64,000 nucleotides of DNA from assembly GCA_043826455.1 (NCBI GenBank), contig JBDRQD010000046.1, positions 32,001 to 96,000 of the forward strand, in the 5' to 3' direction. The notes below the pieces were generated by a model. The model searched no databases, was not told the origin of the DNA, and saw nothing but the letters and a program-made list of their open reading frames with translations. Below, one piece after another: positions 48,942 to 57,484 of this stretch (the first letter of the stretch is position 1; each line of letters starts with the position of its first letter). The position numbers and the translations under genes were made by a program. Origin of the DNA: Candidatus Bathyarchaeota archaeon. GTDB taxonomy: Archaea; Thermoproteota; Bathyarchaeia; TCS64.

Positions 48942-49384
48942 AGAGGGTTTTGGTTCTCTTTGGTTTGGCGCCAGGTCGCAGGCATCGGGGCTGGTGTCCT
49001 CTCTAATGATAGAAAAATTCGCCATTAGGTGATCCCCCCCCCCCACCTTTTTTCACATCCGGCATCTGTTGCGCCGTGTTTGATGTGCTGAGTGGGCCGT
49101 GTTTTTGTGTGGAATGGACGGCGTTTTTACATAGAATGGGATCGCATCTGACTGGTTCCGTGGCTCCTTTTGGCGCGGGGCACCTGTTTCCGGTTCCTCC
49201 GCTCTACCCCCCCTCCACCCCTCTATCCGGTGCCCGGTGCTGGCGTGTCGATTGCGCCGTTTTCCGGGTGTGGCTTATACCGTCCTAGAGGGTATAAGGC
49301 GGAAAAAAAATTCCATCTTTTACTTCATGTTTTTCATTGTTGAGGTTTCTACGATCCAATGGCTCTGGAGTCCTAAAAAACTCG
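48942..49384 (+). repeat. Dispersed non-coding element, copy B (full length)
   Basis: Colinear with the reverse complement of 23538-23944; hairpin cttatacc/ggtataag followed by gcggaaaaaaaattccatc. Confidence 0.88.
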
Positions 49385-49411
49385 ATTTTAATCAATAACA
49401 GAAAAAATGGT

Positions 49412-50584
49412 TTAGAGGCTGTGCACAACCTCTCCGTCTATGATGACCTTCTCCACCTTGGTGGCGTACTCCAGGGGGTCGCCGCTCAGCAGCCTCAGGT
49501 CAGCGTCCTTACCCACCTCTAGGCTGCCCACCCTGTCCGCGACGCCCATGATCTCGGCCGGCACGATGGTGATGGCCTTCAGGGCGTAATCGTAGGGTAA
49601 GCCCTCCTTGACGCTGAGAGCCGCGCATATGGGCAGGAACCTGATGGTGCTGCCCACGGCGTCCGTCTGGATGGCGAACTTAACCCCCGCGTCGTACATT
49701 ACCTTGGGGGTGTCGTAGCCCAGCTCCCTCATCTCCCACTTGCCGCGGGCCGTGAGGCTGGGGCCCCACACCGCGGGAATCCCCTTCTCGGCTATCCACT
49801 TGGCAATCCTGTGGCCCTCTGTGGCGTGCTCCCAGCTCATGTCCACGCCGAACTCCTCGCAGATGCGGACCGCCGTGGCAACGTCGTCGGCCCTGTGGGC
49901 GTGGGCCCTCAGCGGGATCTCCCTTTTGAGCACTGGGACCAAGGGCTCCAGCCTGATGTCATACTCGGGCTGCTTATCGGGCTCGTCCACGAACTTCTCC
50001 TTCTTCTCCATGTAGTTCTTGGTCTTCTGGAGCCACTCCCTGAGGACGCCGGCGACACCCATCCTGGTGCTGGGCATCTTCTTCTGCTCGACGCCGTACA
50101 CCCGTCGGGGGTTCTCCCCGAAGGCGATCTTCATTCCGCTGGGGTCCTTGACGACCATCTCATCTACTGTGGTCTTGGGGGCGGTCTTCAGGACTACCCC
50201 GGTTCCTCCGATGACGTTGGCGCTGCCAGGAAGCACCTGGGCCGTGGTTATCCCCTCGAAGAGGGCCGCCTCCAGGCCCCCCTCGTCGGCGTTAGCCTTG
50301 ATGCCGTCGATGGCGCGGACGTGGGGGGTGGCGGGCTCCGTCATCTCGTTGCCGTCGCTCCCAGCCCAGCCTATCTTCTCCTCCCAGATGCCTATGTGGC
50401 AGTGGGCCTCCACCAGGCCGGGCATCACGTACTTGGCCTTCAGGGCCTTGACCCCGTCGGGCACCTTTACATCCGGCCCTAGGGCCTTGATCTTGCCTTT
50501 CTCGATGAGCACAACGCCGTCCTCTATGACGCCGTTGGTTATGGTCAGAACCTTCTTACCTTTCACAGCTAGCAAGCTTTGCAC
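49412..50584 (-). CDS. Amidohydrolase (imidazolonepropionase-like)
   Basis: PGLVEAHCH, KIAFGENP, HAHRADD, GSLEVGKDAD. Confidence 0.92.
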   Translation of the reverse strand: MQSLLAVKGKKVLTITNGVIEDGVVLIEKGKIKALGPDVKVPDGVKALKAKYVMPGLVEAHCHIGIWEEKIGWAGSDGNEMTEPATPHVRAIDGIKANADEGGLEAALFEGITTAQVLPGSANVIGGTGVVLKTAPKTTVDEMVVKDPSGMKIAFGENPRRVYGVEQKKMPSTRMGVAGVLREWLQKTKNYMEKKEKFVDEPDKQPEYDIRLEPLVPVLKREIPLRAHAHRADDVATAVRICEEFGVDMSWEHATEGHRIAKWIAEKGIPAVWGPSLTARGKWEMRELGYDTPKVMYDAGVKFAIQTDAVGSTIRFLPICAALSVKEGLPYDYALKAITIVPAEIMGVADRVGSLEVGKDADLRLLSGDPLEYATKVEKVIIDGEVVHSL

Positions 50585-50666
50585 CGGATCGAGTATGCCC
50601 GGTTCAATTATAGGGTTTTCTATGGATGGGACATGAGAAAGAAAATAAAAGAGGAAAAAATTTGGG

Positions 50667-51389
50667 TTACACTTCGGGTGTCTTCTTGCGGGTCAGGTCC
50701 CACCCTATCATGCTGGCGAGCATGATGAAGGCGATGACCCAGAAGGCCAACTGGTTTTCGGGGTCGTTCGGCGGGATTCCCAGAAGGAACTGGGAGCGGC
50801 CGATGAAGAGGCTGTACCTGGTGAGCACCGTGTATCCATAAGCTGAGCCGAACCCAGCCATCATGGTGTACCGGGCGATCTTCTCCACTACCTTCATGGG
50901 CGCGCTCTCGCGAGCGGTGCCTGTGAACCAGAAGTAGAGGAGTACGCTTGGTACCATGATCTGGATGAGTATGTTGTTGACGGTAGCCCCCATGTTCCCC
51001 GCGACAAAGAAGGGTGTCTTCGACTGGGCGACGATCTGCTCCAGGAACTGGGCGAATACGACCGTCCTCAGAGCCATGCCGATGCCTGTGCCCACCACTA
51101 TGGCCAGGGGCCACCTGTAGAGGTAGAAGGTGCTCTTGTTGAACCTTCCATACCACAGGATGCCTATGACCATGACTATGGCGAACAGCAGCATCATCCC
51201 GGCGCTGGCGCTCCACTGGCCGCTCCACTGGTTCCTGATGTAGAGCAGGTCCACCGAGACACCGTATCCCACGGCGACGCCTAGGTAGACCGACTCCGCG
51301 ATGCGGTACCAGGGGTTCTCACGGTACAGGATGCTGTAGATGCCTAATGTGAAGAACACCGCTGTCCATACAGCGATTATGTCCACCAT
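50667..51389 (-). CDS. Uncharacterised polytopic membrane protein (gene 4 of operon)
   Basis: About 6-7 hydrophobic segments; YRENPWYRIAE, GFGSAYGYT. Confidence 0.8.
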   Translation of the reverse strand: MVDIIAVWTAVFFTLGIYSILYRENPWYRIAESVYLGVAVGYGVSVDLLYIRNQWSGQWSASAGMMLLFAIVMVIGILWYGRFNKSTFYLYRWPLAIVVGTGIGMALRTVVFAQFLEQIVAQSKTPFFVAGNMGATVNNILIQIMVPSVLLYFWFTGTARESAPMKVVEKIARYTMMAGFGSAYGYTVLTRYSLFIGRSQFLLGIPPNDPENQLAFWVIAFIMLASMIGWDLTRKKTPEV

Positions 51390-52222
51390 TACTTCTCGTC
51401 CCCCTTTGTCATGAAGTAGGCGATGTTACCTATCACGACCAGCAGCACGATCAGCAAGTGCGACGTGGATACAGCGTCTACGCCGGCCACGGCCAGGCCT
51501 GGCTTCTGCAGCAGCAGCTCATACTCGGCGCTTACGGTCAGACCTGGCATGAGGGCCGAGATCTGGCCCGAGTTAACGTAGGGTATCATCCCTGGCACGG
51601 ATACGCCGATGCAGCCCACGATCATGGGTATTCCATATGCCGTGTTCCATTGCCGTAGCCACTCGGATGCGCCGGGGGTTCCCGTCTCGAAGCTCATGAT
51701 GAGGTCGATGTCAGTAGCGGTCTTGATGTTGTCCATAATAGCGAAGCTGCTCAGGGGTCTCCCCTCCACGAAGTCGTTCGCCACAGAGTTCTGGAAGCTT
51801 GTGGCCAACGCGCCCATGGCGGTCTCGCCCCCGGGTAGGTAGCCCAGGTTGATCCAGTCAACACCGTAGACGTAGCCGAAGTCGGCGGGGTTCACCTGCC
51901 GTAGCATGGCGGTGAAGACCAGGGGGCCCTCTGTCCAGAAGCTCAGCACCACGATTTTAACGTCCTTCTGGAGGAGGTGCTTCATGGTGGCGACGGTCAT
52001 TGGGAACAGCTCAGGCATGCCTGAGGTGCCGTACATGGGTGCGAAGATCACTGTGTCTCCGTCTTTGACGTTATTCTCGACGTAGCTGTGCCAGGCCCTG
52101 GCGTCGCTGCCGATGGGGATGGGTAGGCCGAGGGGGAATATCAGCGGGAAGAGGACAAATATCCAGGCCAGGAGGTAGATAATCCTCCTGTCCAGGTTAT
52201 TGATCTTGTCCATGATAGACAT
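51389..52222 (-). CDS. Uncharacterised membrane protein with large soluble domain (gene 3)
   Basis: DRRIIY plus a TM segment, YGVDWINLGYLPG, PYVNSGQ, AEYE, C-terminal TM. Confidence 0.8.
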   Translation of the reverse strand: MSIMDKINNLDRRIIYLLAWIFVLFPLIFPLGLPIPIGSDARAWHSYVENNVKDGDTVIFAPMYGTSGMPELFPMTVATMKHLLQKDVKIVVLSFWTEGPLVFTAMLRQVNPADFGYVYGVDWINLGYLPGGETAMGALATSFQNSVANDFVEGRPLSSFAIMDNIKTATDIDLIMSFETGTPGASEWLRQWNTAYGIPMIVGCIGVSVPGMIPYVNSGQISALMPGLTVSAEYELLLQKPGLAVAGVDAVSTSHLLIVLLVVIGNIAYFMTKGDEK

Positions 52223-52223
52223 T

Positions 52224-52880
52224 TTACTCTTCGCCTCCTCCTCTCAGGTAGCCGCGCTCGATGCCCATCAGGGTTCTGACGGCTAGAGCGATGGCTCCTA
52301 GAGCTGCTCCGATCATGACTCCCCTCATGGTAGCCATGTTGGGTACGTTACGGATCCATAGGCTGATGTCTACAAGCACCGGAATAGGGCTGGTGAACAG
52401 CGGGGCATTCCCCATGACCATCAGCGTGCCCGAGACGAGCACTATGGCTGCCTCGATGTTTCGAGCCTTGAAGGCCCTGACGGCTGCTGAGGTGATGAAG
52501 AAGGCCAGGATGCTGTACATTGTGCCTCCTAGAGGTGTCTGGATGTTTGTGAATACCCAGTTGAAGATAGAGTTGTTCCTGCCTAGGCCAAACTCCGCGA
52601 GCGGTAGACCAGTCAACACCATGATTATTACGAAGACGAACACGAGAACGCTGAAGTACCACCCCTCGACCCTCCTCTGCACACGTTTACCGTGCACCTG
52701 GAGGATAGAGATGACACCGACGAAGGTAGCACAAGCTACAATGAGTAATACCCCGTTTGAAGCGGTTCCCGCTGCGTCCTTCAGCACCGGGATATCGAAG
52801 TAGTAGGGTATTACCTGTAGAAGCGTCGCAATGATGGTCAACGCTATCGGGATCTCGATTCTCTTTAATGCTTCACCCAT
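52224..52880 (-). CDS. Uncharacterised polytopic membrane protein (gene 2)
   Basis: About 6 TM; TMYSILAFFITSAAVRAF, GIERGYL. Confidence 0.8.
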   Translation of the reverse strand: MGEALKRIEIPIALTIIATLLQVIPYYFDIPVLKDAAGTASNGVLLIVACATFVGVISILQVHGKRVQRRVEGWYFSVLVFVFVIIMVLTGLPLAEFGLGRNNSIFNWVFTNIQTPLGGTMYSILAFFITSAAVRAFKARNIEAAIVLVSGTLMVMGNAPLFTSPIPVLVDISLWIRNVPNMATMRGVMIGAALGAIALAVRTLMGIERGYLRGGGEE

Positions 52881-52886
52881 TTTTCA

Positions 52887-53672
52887 TCACATCGCGAATA
52901 GGTCTAGGAGAATTCTGCTGCCCATGGTAAACGTGACGGCGCCGAGGAAGCTCAGCACGACAGCGACGATACGCCCCACGTCCTGGCCAGCCAGGCTGGC
53001 GATGAGCGTCGCTTCGTTGGTCAGGTAGGCCCCGGCGGAGTAGATCTCCTCGCCGATGAGACAGTAGTCCGATGTCACTAGGAAGAAGGGTATCTGCGAC
53101 GTCTGGGCGGTTCCCGTGATCTGCATGGCGCCGATCCTTGAACCAGTCTCGGCCAGCTGGAGGGACTCGGCCCAGTAGGCGCCCACCATGATGTTGGCGC
53201 CGGGCTTCTCCCTCATCATCAGCCCCATGTAGTTGCTAGAGAAACCGAACTGCTCGCTGGAGAGGAACTGGACGCTGTCAGGGTCGAACTCCTCACCTTT
53301 GCCAGCCAGCTTGTACTCAGTCTCCACGATGTCAGATGCGATAGGCCATACCTCAGGCTGCCTGACGGGGACCACGATCCTGGCCCCGACAGCAACGCAG
53401 CGCTTTGCGACGTAGTTGAGGACACTGAGACCAGCTATGGTCTGGGGCCCTGTAGTCGCGTCACGGAGGTTGGCGATGCCGTGACTGCAGAAGACGGGTC
53501 GCCCCATCTCCACAGCTCGGCCGATTGACTCGTCTATGGCGTCGATGCCGGGTATGCGTCTTACCTTAGGTACTTTGCCTGCCTGCGCTTGTTTGATGTA
53601 GTAGGCCACTGCGGCCATGATGAACAGTAGACAGATTAACCCGAAGATTCTGCCTTGGATTAGGAAAGCCAT
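52887..53672 (-). CDS. DUF6754-like membrane protein (gene 1)
   Basis: RRIPGIDAIDESIGRAVEMGRP, AESLQLAETG, DYCLIGEEIYSAGAYL; start moved to ATG 53672. Family assigned from memory. Confidence 0.75.
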   Translation of the reverse strand: MAFLIQGRIFGLICLLFIMAAVAYYIKQAQAGKVPKVRRIPGIDAIDESIGRAVEMGRPVFCSHGIANLRDATTGPQTIAGLSVLNYVAKRCVAVGARIVVPVRQPEVWPIASDIVETEYKLAGKGEEFDPDSVQFLSSEQFGFSSNYMGLMMREKPGANIMVGAYWAESLQLAETGSRIGAMQITGTAQTSQIPFFLVTSDYCLIGEEIYSAGAYLTNEATLIASLAGQDVGRIVAVVLSFLGAVTFTMGSRILLDLFAM

Positions 53673-53847
53673 TTTTGGTAGTCTCCTTTTCTCCGTGAAG
53701 TATTTGTTTTGTTTTAATATATAATATTCATCCTCGAATGATGTTGGTAATGTAGGAAACATCGGTAAAACGGGGCACTTTCACACGTCTCCGCTACACT
53801 TCAGTAGGTAAACCTCATGAACCCTTATGTCGGCGGATTAGACTAGT

Positions 53848-54585
53848 TTGACCCCCGAGATGCATAGACAGATACTGAAAGCTATTCTAAATGGAACACA
53901 GCCGGGGCCCGTTGCCTTAGATACATTAAAAGAGAAACTGAACATTACAGGCGAAGCGCTGGAAGATGCGCTGAACAATCTACAGGAGGAGGGTCTAGTA
54001 ACCGTGAGCGGCGACGCCCTGGAGCTCACGCGGGATAACAGGCTGGGACTAGCAGTCAAAGCCATTGAGCTGGGCGCAGACTTCCAAGCAGTGAGCCGGA
54101 GCCTGGGCTGGCTGGAGTTCGAGGAGCTGGCCGCACACGTCTTCGAGATGAACGGGTACAGCGTCCACAGGAGGTTCAGGTTCCAGGCCGAGGGGCGGCG
54201 CTGGGAGATGGACGTCCTTGCCCTCAGGAGCCCCTACATAGTCTGCGCCGAGTGCAAGCACTGGACGAAGGGCATCGGCAACAGCACGGCCCGAGGCATC
54301 ATTGAGACACACCTGGAGAAGACGGAGGTCTTCAGCAGGCACCTGCACCATATGGCCAAGAAGGTACGGGCCCACAGGTGGGGCAACGCCACCGTGGTGC
54401 CCCTAGCCCTCACCATGGCCCCCACCGACATGAACATCTACAGGAGGGTGCCGTCCGTAAGCATCCTGGCCCTACCCAGCTTCCTAGACGAGTTCGGGGG
54501 CCAGCTGGAGAGGCTGGTGTATCACAGGGTGGAGCTCCCCCCGTGGAAGCCTAAGCCGACCCAGACGAGACTGAGGCTGAGTTAG
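53848..54585 (+). CDS. wHTH plus restriction-endonuclease-like (Mrr-type PD-(D/E)xK) protein
   Basis: WLEFEE...EMDVLA...AECKHW. Confidence 0.75.
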   Translation: MTPEMHRQILKAILNGTQPGPVALDTLKEKLNITGEALEDALNNLQEEGLVTVSGDALELTRDNRLGLAVKAIELGADFQAVSRSLGWLEFEELAAHVFEMNGYSVHRRFRFQAEGRRWEMDVLALRSPYIVCAECKHWTKGIGNSTARGIIETHLEKTEVFSRHLHHMAKKVRAHRWGNATVVPLALTMAPTDMNIYRRVPSVSILALPSFLDEFGGQLERLVYHRVELPPWKPKPTQTRLRLS

Positions 54586-54662
54586 CCCAAGCTAAGAAAC
54601 ACCCATGTTTTTAGGCTGGCTAAAGGTAACCCCTAAAAGCGAGGACTACAGTGTTTGCCCGC

Positions 54663-55529
54663 ATGGAGAAGCAGGAGCTGGCGGCCGCAGCCGTGGTGGG
54701 GGGCCTAGTCATCTTCGCGGTGAAGCTTTACAGTTACTTCATATCGGGTAGCGTGGCTCTTCTCTCGGACGCATTGGAGTCCATTGTGAACATTCTTGCT
54801 TCGCTGATGATGCTTGTGAGTATCAGGGTCTCCTTGAGGCCGCCGGACGAGTCGCACCGGTATGGGCACCAGAAGGTTGAGAACATTTCGTCGTTTGTGG
54901 AGGGGGCTCTGGTGCTGTTGGCTGGTCTCCTCATAGGCCGTGAGGCTGTGCTGAGGCTGTTTAAGCCTGTGGCGCCGATGCAGCTGGGCTTCGCTGTGCT
55001 ACTGTCACTGGTGGCCACCGCTATGAACGGGGGGCTCTCCTGGCTACTGATGCGGAAGGCTAAGGAGACGGGCTCCATGGCATTGGAGGGGGACGCCATG
55101 CACTTGCTGTCGGACGTGGTTTCATCGGTGGGGGTGGCGGCGGGGCTCCTGGTGGCCGATAGGCTGAGTATGCCGGTCCTGGACCCCGTCATGGCTCTCG
55201 TGGTCGCGGTGCTGGTTCTGCGCATGGGTGTCTCCCTGCTAGGGAAGAGCAGCCAGGGCCTCATGGACCACGCTTGCCCAGAGTCCGAGAAGCGGATCAT
55301 GGAGATCATGAACCGCCACAGGAGCCAGTTCCTGGATTTCCACAATCTGAAGACGCGGCGTAGCGGGGACAGGGTGTACGCGGAGCTGCACATGAGGGTG
55401 GACGGCGATTTATCGGTGCAGGAGGCTCACGACCTCATGGACCACCTAGAGGCGGACATACGGAAGGAGGTCCCCGGCATGGAGATCACCATGCACGTGG
55501 AGCCGCCGAGAGAAAAAACAAGTGATTAA
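54663..55529 (+). CDS. Cation diffusion facilitator transporter
   Basis: SVALLSDALES, HRYGHQKVE, HLLSD, HVEP; start may be GTG 54651. Confidence 0.93.
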   Translation: MEKQELAAAAVVGGLVIFAVKLYSYFISGSVALLSDALESIVNILASLMMLVSIRVSLRPPDESHRYGHQKVENISSFVEGALVLLAGLLIGREAVLRLFKPVAPMQLGFAVLLSLVATAMNGGLSWLLMRKAKETGSMALEGDAMHLLSDVVSSVGVAAGLLVADRLSMPVLDPVMALVVAVLVLRMGVSLLGKSSQGLMDHACPESEKRIMEIMNRHRSQFLDFHNLKTRRSGDRVYAELHMRVDGDLSVQEAHDLMDHLEADIRKEVPGMEITMHVEPPREKTSD

Positions 55530-55542
55530 AAAAGGGGTGGGT

Positions 55543-57396
55543 TTAACCTGCTCTTCTAGTGTAGAGGTAGGCTACCGCCAATATGGTAAGCCCCGCAGCC
55601 CCATAGATGAAGTACGTCATCGTCTGGCTGGTCTCGGGTTCTGACGGCTCCGTGGGTTCAGTGGGCTCTGTGGGCTGGGTCTCAGCCTCCTCCAGCACGG
55701 TCCAGGTGCTGAAGTGGCTGGTCTCTGCCTCGAGCACGCCGTTCTCGTCTAGGTGGCTGTTCACATGCATCCAGGTCTCACCGTTCCAGTAGGCCCAGGT
55801 GAGCCTCTGGGGGTCTACTTCTCGGCCCAGCTGCGCCTGCAGCGCCACGGGGTCTATCTCGACGCCCAGGCGAGCCTGCAGGGGTATGGTTGCGTTAGGC
55901 TCTATTAGGCAGTAGAACCCAAGCCCGTTCACAGGGCCACCGACATCGGAGGGTTTCTCGGCCTGCAGCCTGATCTGTAGCTCAAGCGCCTCGCTGGGCT
56001 CCAGCTCCAGGCGGAAGAGGCGTTGACGGAACTCTTCCTGGGCTGTGATCCTCAGCTGAACCTTCTTGGTCGAGTTGAAGACCATGGCCGTGTTTCTGAA
56101 CTGGAGAGTGTTAGATTCCTGCTCCCGTAGCGTCCATTTGAAGGCCTCGGGCACCTTGTCTGTGTAGTTGAAGGCTCTGGTAGTCTCAGGGACGCCGGGG
56201 ATTTCTGGTCTCTGAGTCTCTCTGTTGAGCCTGGTGTCCTGCACGGTCCAGACGGAGAAGTGGCTGGTCTCAGCTACCAGCACGCCGTCCTCGTCCAGCG
56301 TGCTGGGGACCTCTACCCACCTCATTCCGTTCCAGTAGCACCAGGCCAGGTGCTGTGGGTCCACGTCCAGCCCGGTCTGCTCTCGGATGGCTGCGGGCTC
56401 TATGAGAACCCCCAGCTTCGCCTTAACGGGCTCCGTCGCGTTGGGCTCGATCTCCAAGTAGAAGCCTATGTGGTTTCTCGCTGGGTCTATGGATTCCGGC
56501 TTTGTTGCCCTGAACCTCACCTCCAGCTCCATGGCTTTACCTGGCTCCACGTCGAGCCTGAAGAGCCTCTGCTTCACCTCGCTCTCCGAGTTGATCCTAA
56601 GCTGGACCCTGTCGGTGGAGTTGAACACCATTGCCATGTTCTTGAAGGTGAAGCAGGCCTCCTCCCGCTCGCTGAGTGTCCAGGAGAACCCCTCTGGTAC
56701 CTGGTCGGAGTAGTTGTAGGTCCTCGTCTTCTCGGGTACTCCGGGTATCTCGGGTGTGGGCACCTCGTTGGGCTTCTTGTTCTCAGCCACGGTCCAGACG
56801 GAGAAGTGGCCGGTCTCGGCCTCCAGGAAGCCCTGGTCGTCCATGCGGCTGGGCACGTTCTCCCAGCCTGTGCCGTTCCAGTAGCACCAGGTGAGCCTCT
56901 CCCTCAGTATGGGCCTGCCTAGCTCGTCGGCTAGGCCGGCGTCGTCGATGTACAGGCGCAGAGTAGCTCTGAAGGGCTCTGTGCCGTTGTTCTCCAGTGT
57001 GAAGTACCTTCTCAGCCCGAAGGCGGCCTCAGGCGTGTCCGTCGGGGGCTCGTTACAAGCATACATGTTGACGTGCATGTTCCTGTTGGCCACCATGTTC
57101 ATGGCGAAGTAGGATGCCTTGAGGCCGGGGGCCTGGGAGATGTTTAGCTGAAGCCTGTGTGTGGCTCTGAACTCCATGGTTGATGCGCCCATCCTCAGGA
57201 CCTGGGAGACGCCCTCGGGCACAGTGTGCTGAACCCGGTTCATGTTGGTGTAGTTGAACCTGGGGGCGTCCGCAGGTGGGTCAGGCGTGCCAGCGCCTTT
57301 GGGTGTGGCTGTCTGGGCGCCTAAGGCGCCTGGGGGTACTATGAACGCCGCCAGCATCAGCAGCGTCAAGGCGAGCTTCATTTGAGTCTTACTCAT
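55543..57396 (-). CDS. Cell-surface glycoprotein with three ~180-aa repeats and C-terminal TM anchor
   Basis: Signal peptide; three W-x-YWNG-x2-W...AET(G/S)HFS(V/T)W repeats; PTE linker; TM plus RR; many N-x-S/T sequons. Confidence 0.85.
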   Translation of the reverse strand: MSKTQMKLALTLLMLAAFIVPPGALGAQTATPKGAGTPDPPADAPRFNYTNMNRVQHTVPEGVSQVLRMGASTMEFRATHRLQLNISQAPGLKASYFAMNMVANRNMHVNMYACNEPPTDTPEAAFGLRRYFTLENNGTEPFRATLRLYIDDAGLADELGRPILRERLTWCYWNGTGWENVPSRMDDQGFLEAETGHFSVWTVAENKKPNEVPTPEIPGVPEKTRTYNYSDQVPEGFSWTLSEREEACFTFKNMAMVFNSTDRVQLRINSESEVKQRLFRLDVEPGKAMELEVRFRATKPESIDPARNHIGFYLEIEPNATEPVKAKLGVLIEPAAIREQTGLDVDPQHLAWCYWNGMRWVEVPSTLDEDGVLVAETSHFSVWTVQDTRLNRETQRPEIPGVPETTRAFNYTDKVPEAFKWTLREQESNTLQFRNTAMVFNSTKKVQLRITAQEEFRQRLFRLELEPSEALELQIRLQAEKPSDVGGPVNGLGFYCLIEPNATIPLQARLGVEIDPVALQAQLGREVDPQRLTWAYWNGETWMHVNSHLDENGVLEAETSHFSTWTVLEEAETQPTEPTEPTEPSEPETSQTMTYFIYGAAGLTILAVAYLYTRRAG

Positions 57397-57451
57397 GTCA
57401 ATCGGAAGGTAATATCTCAGATAGATATATCAGGAATACAGATGAACGGCG

Positions 57452-57467
57452 TGGAACATTTGTTCCA
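57452..57467. promoter_or_regulatory. Palindromic operator candidate
   Basis: tggaaca-tt-tgttcca, about 55 bp upstream of the surface-protein start. Confidence 0.5.
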
Positions 57468-57484
57468 GAAATAAAGATAGGGGG

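Noticed and set aside
49034..49044. C11 homopolymer as a phase-variation switch
   Set aside because: It lies inside the non-coding repeat between convergent genes, not in a CDS or evident promoter.
55630..55680. Short tandem 9-bp-like repeats
   Set aside because: They simply encode the PTE/PSE linker of the surface protein.
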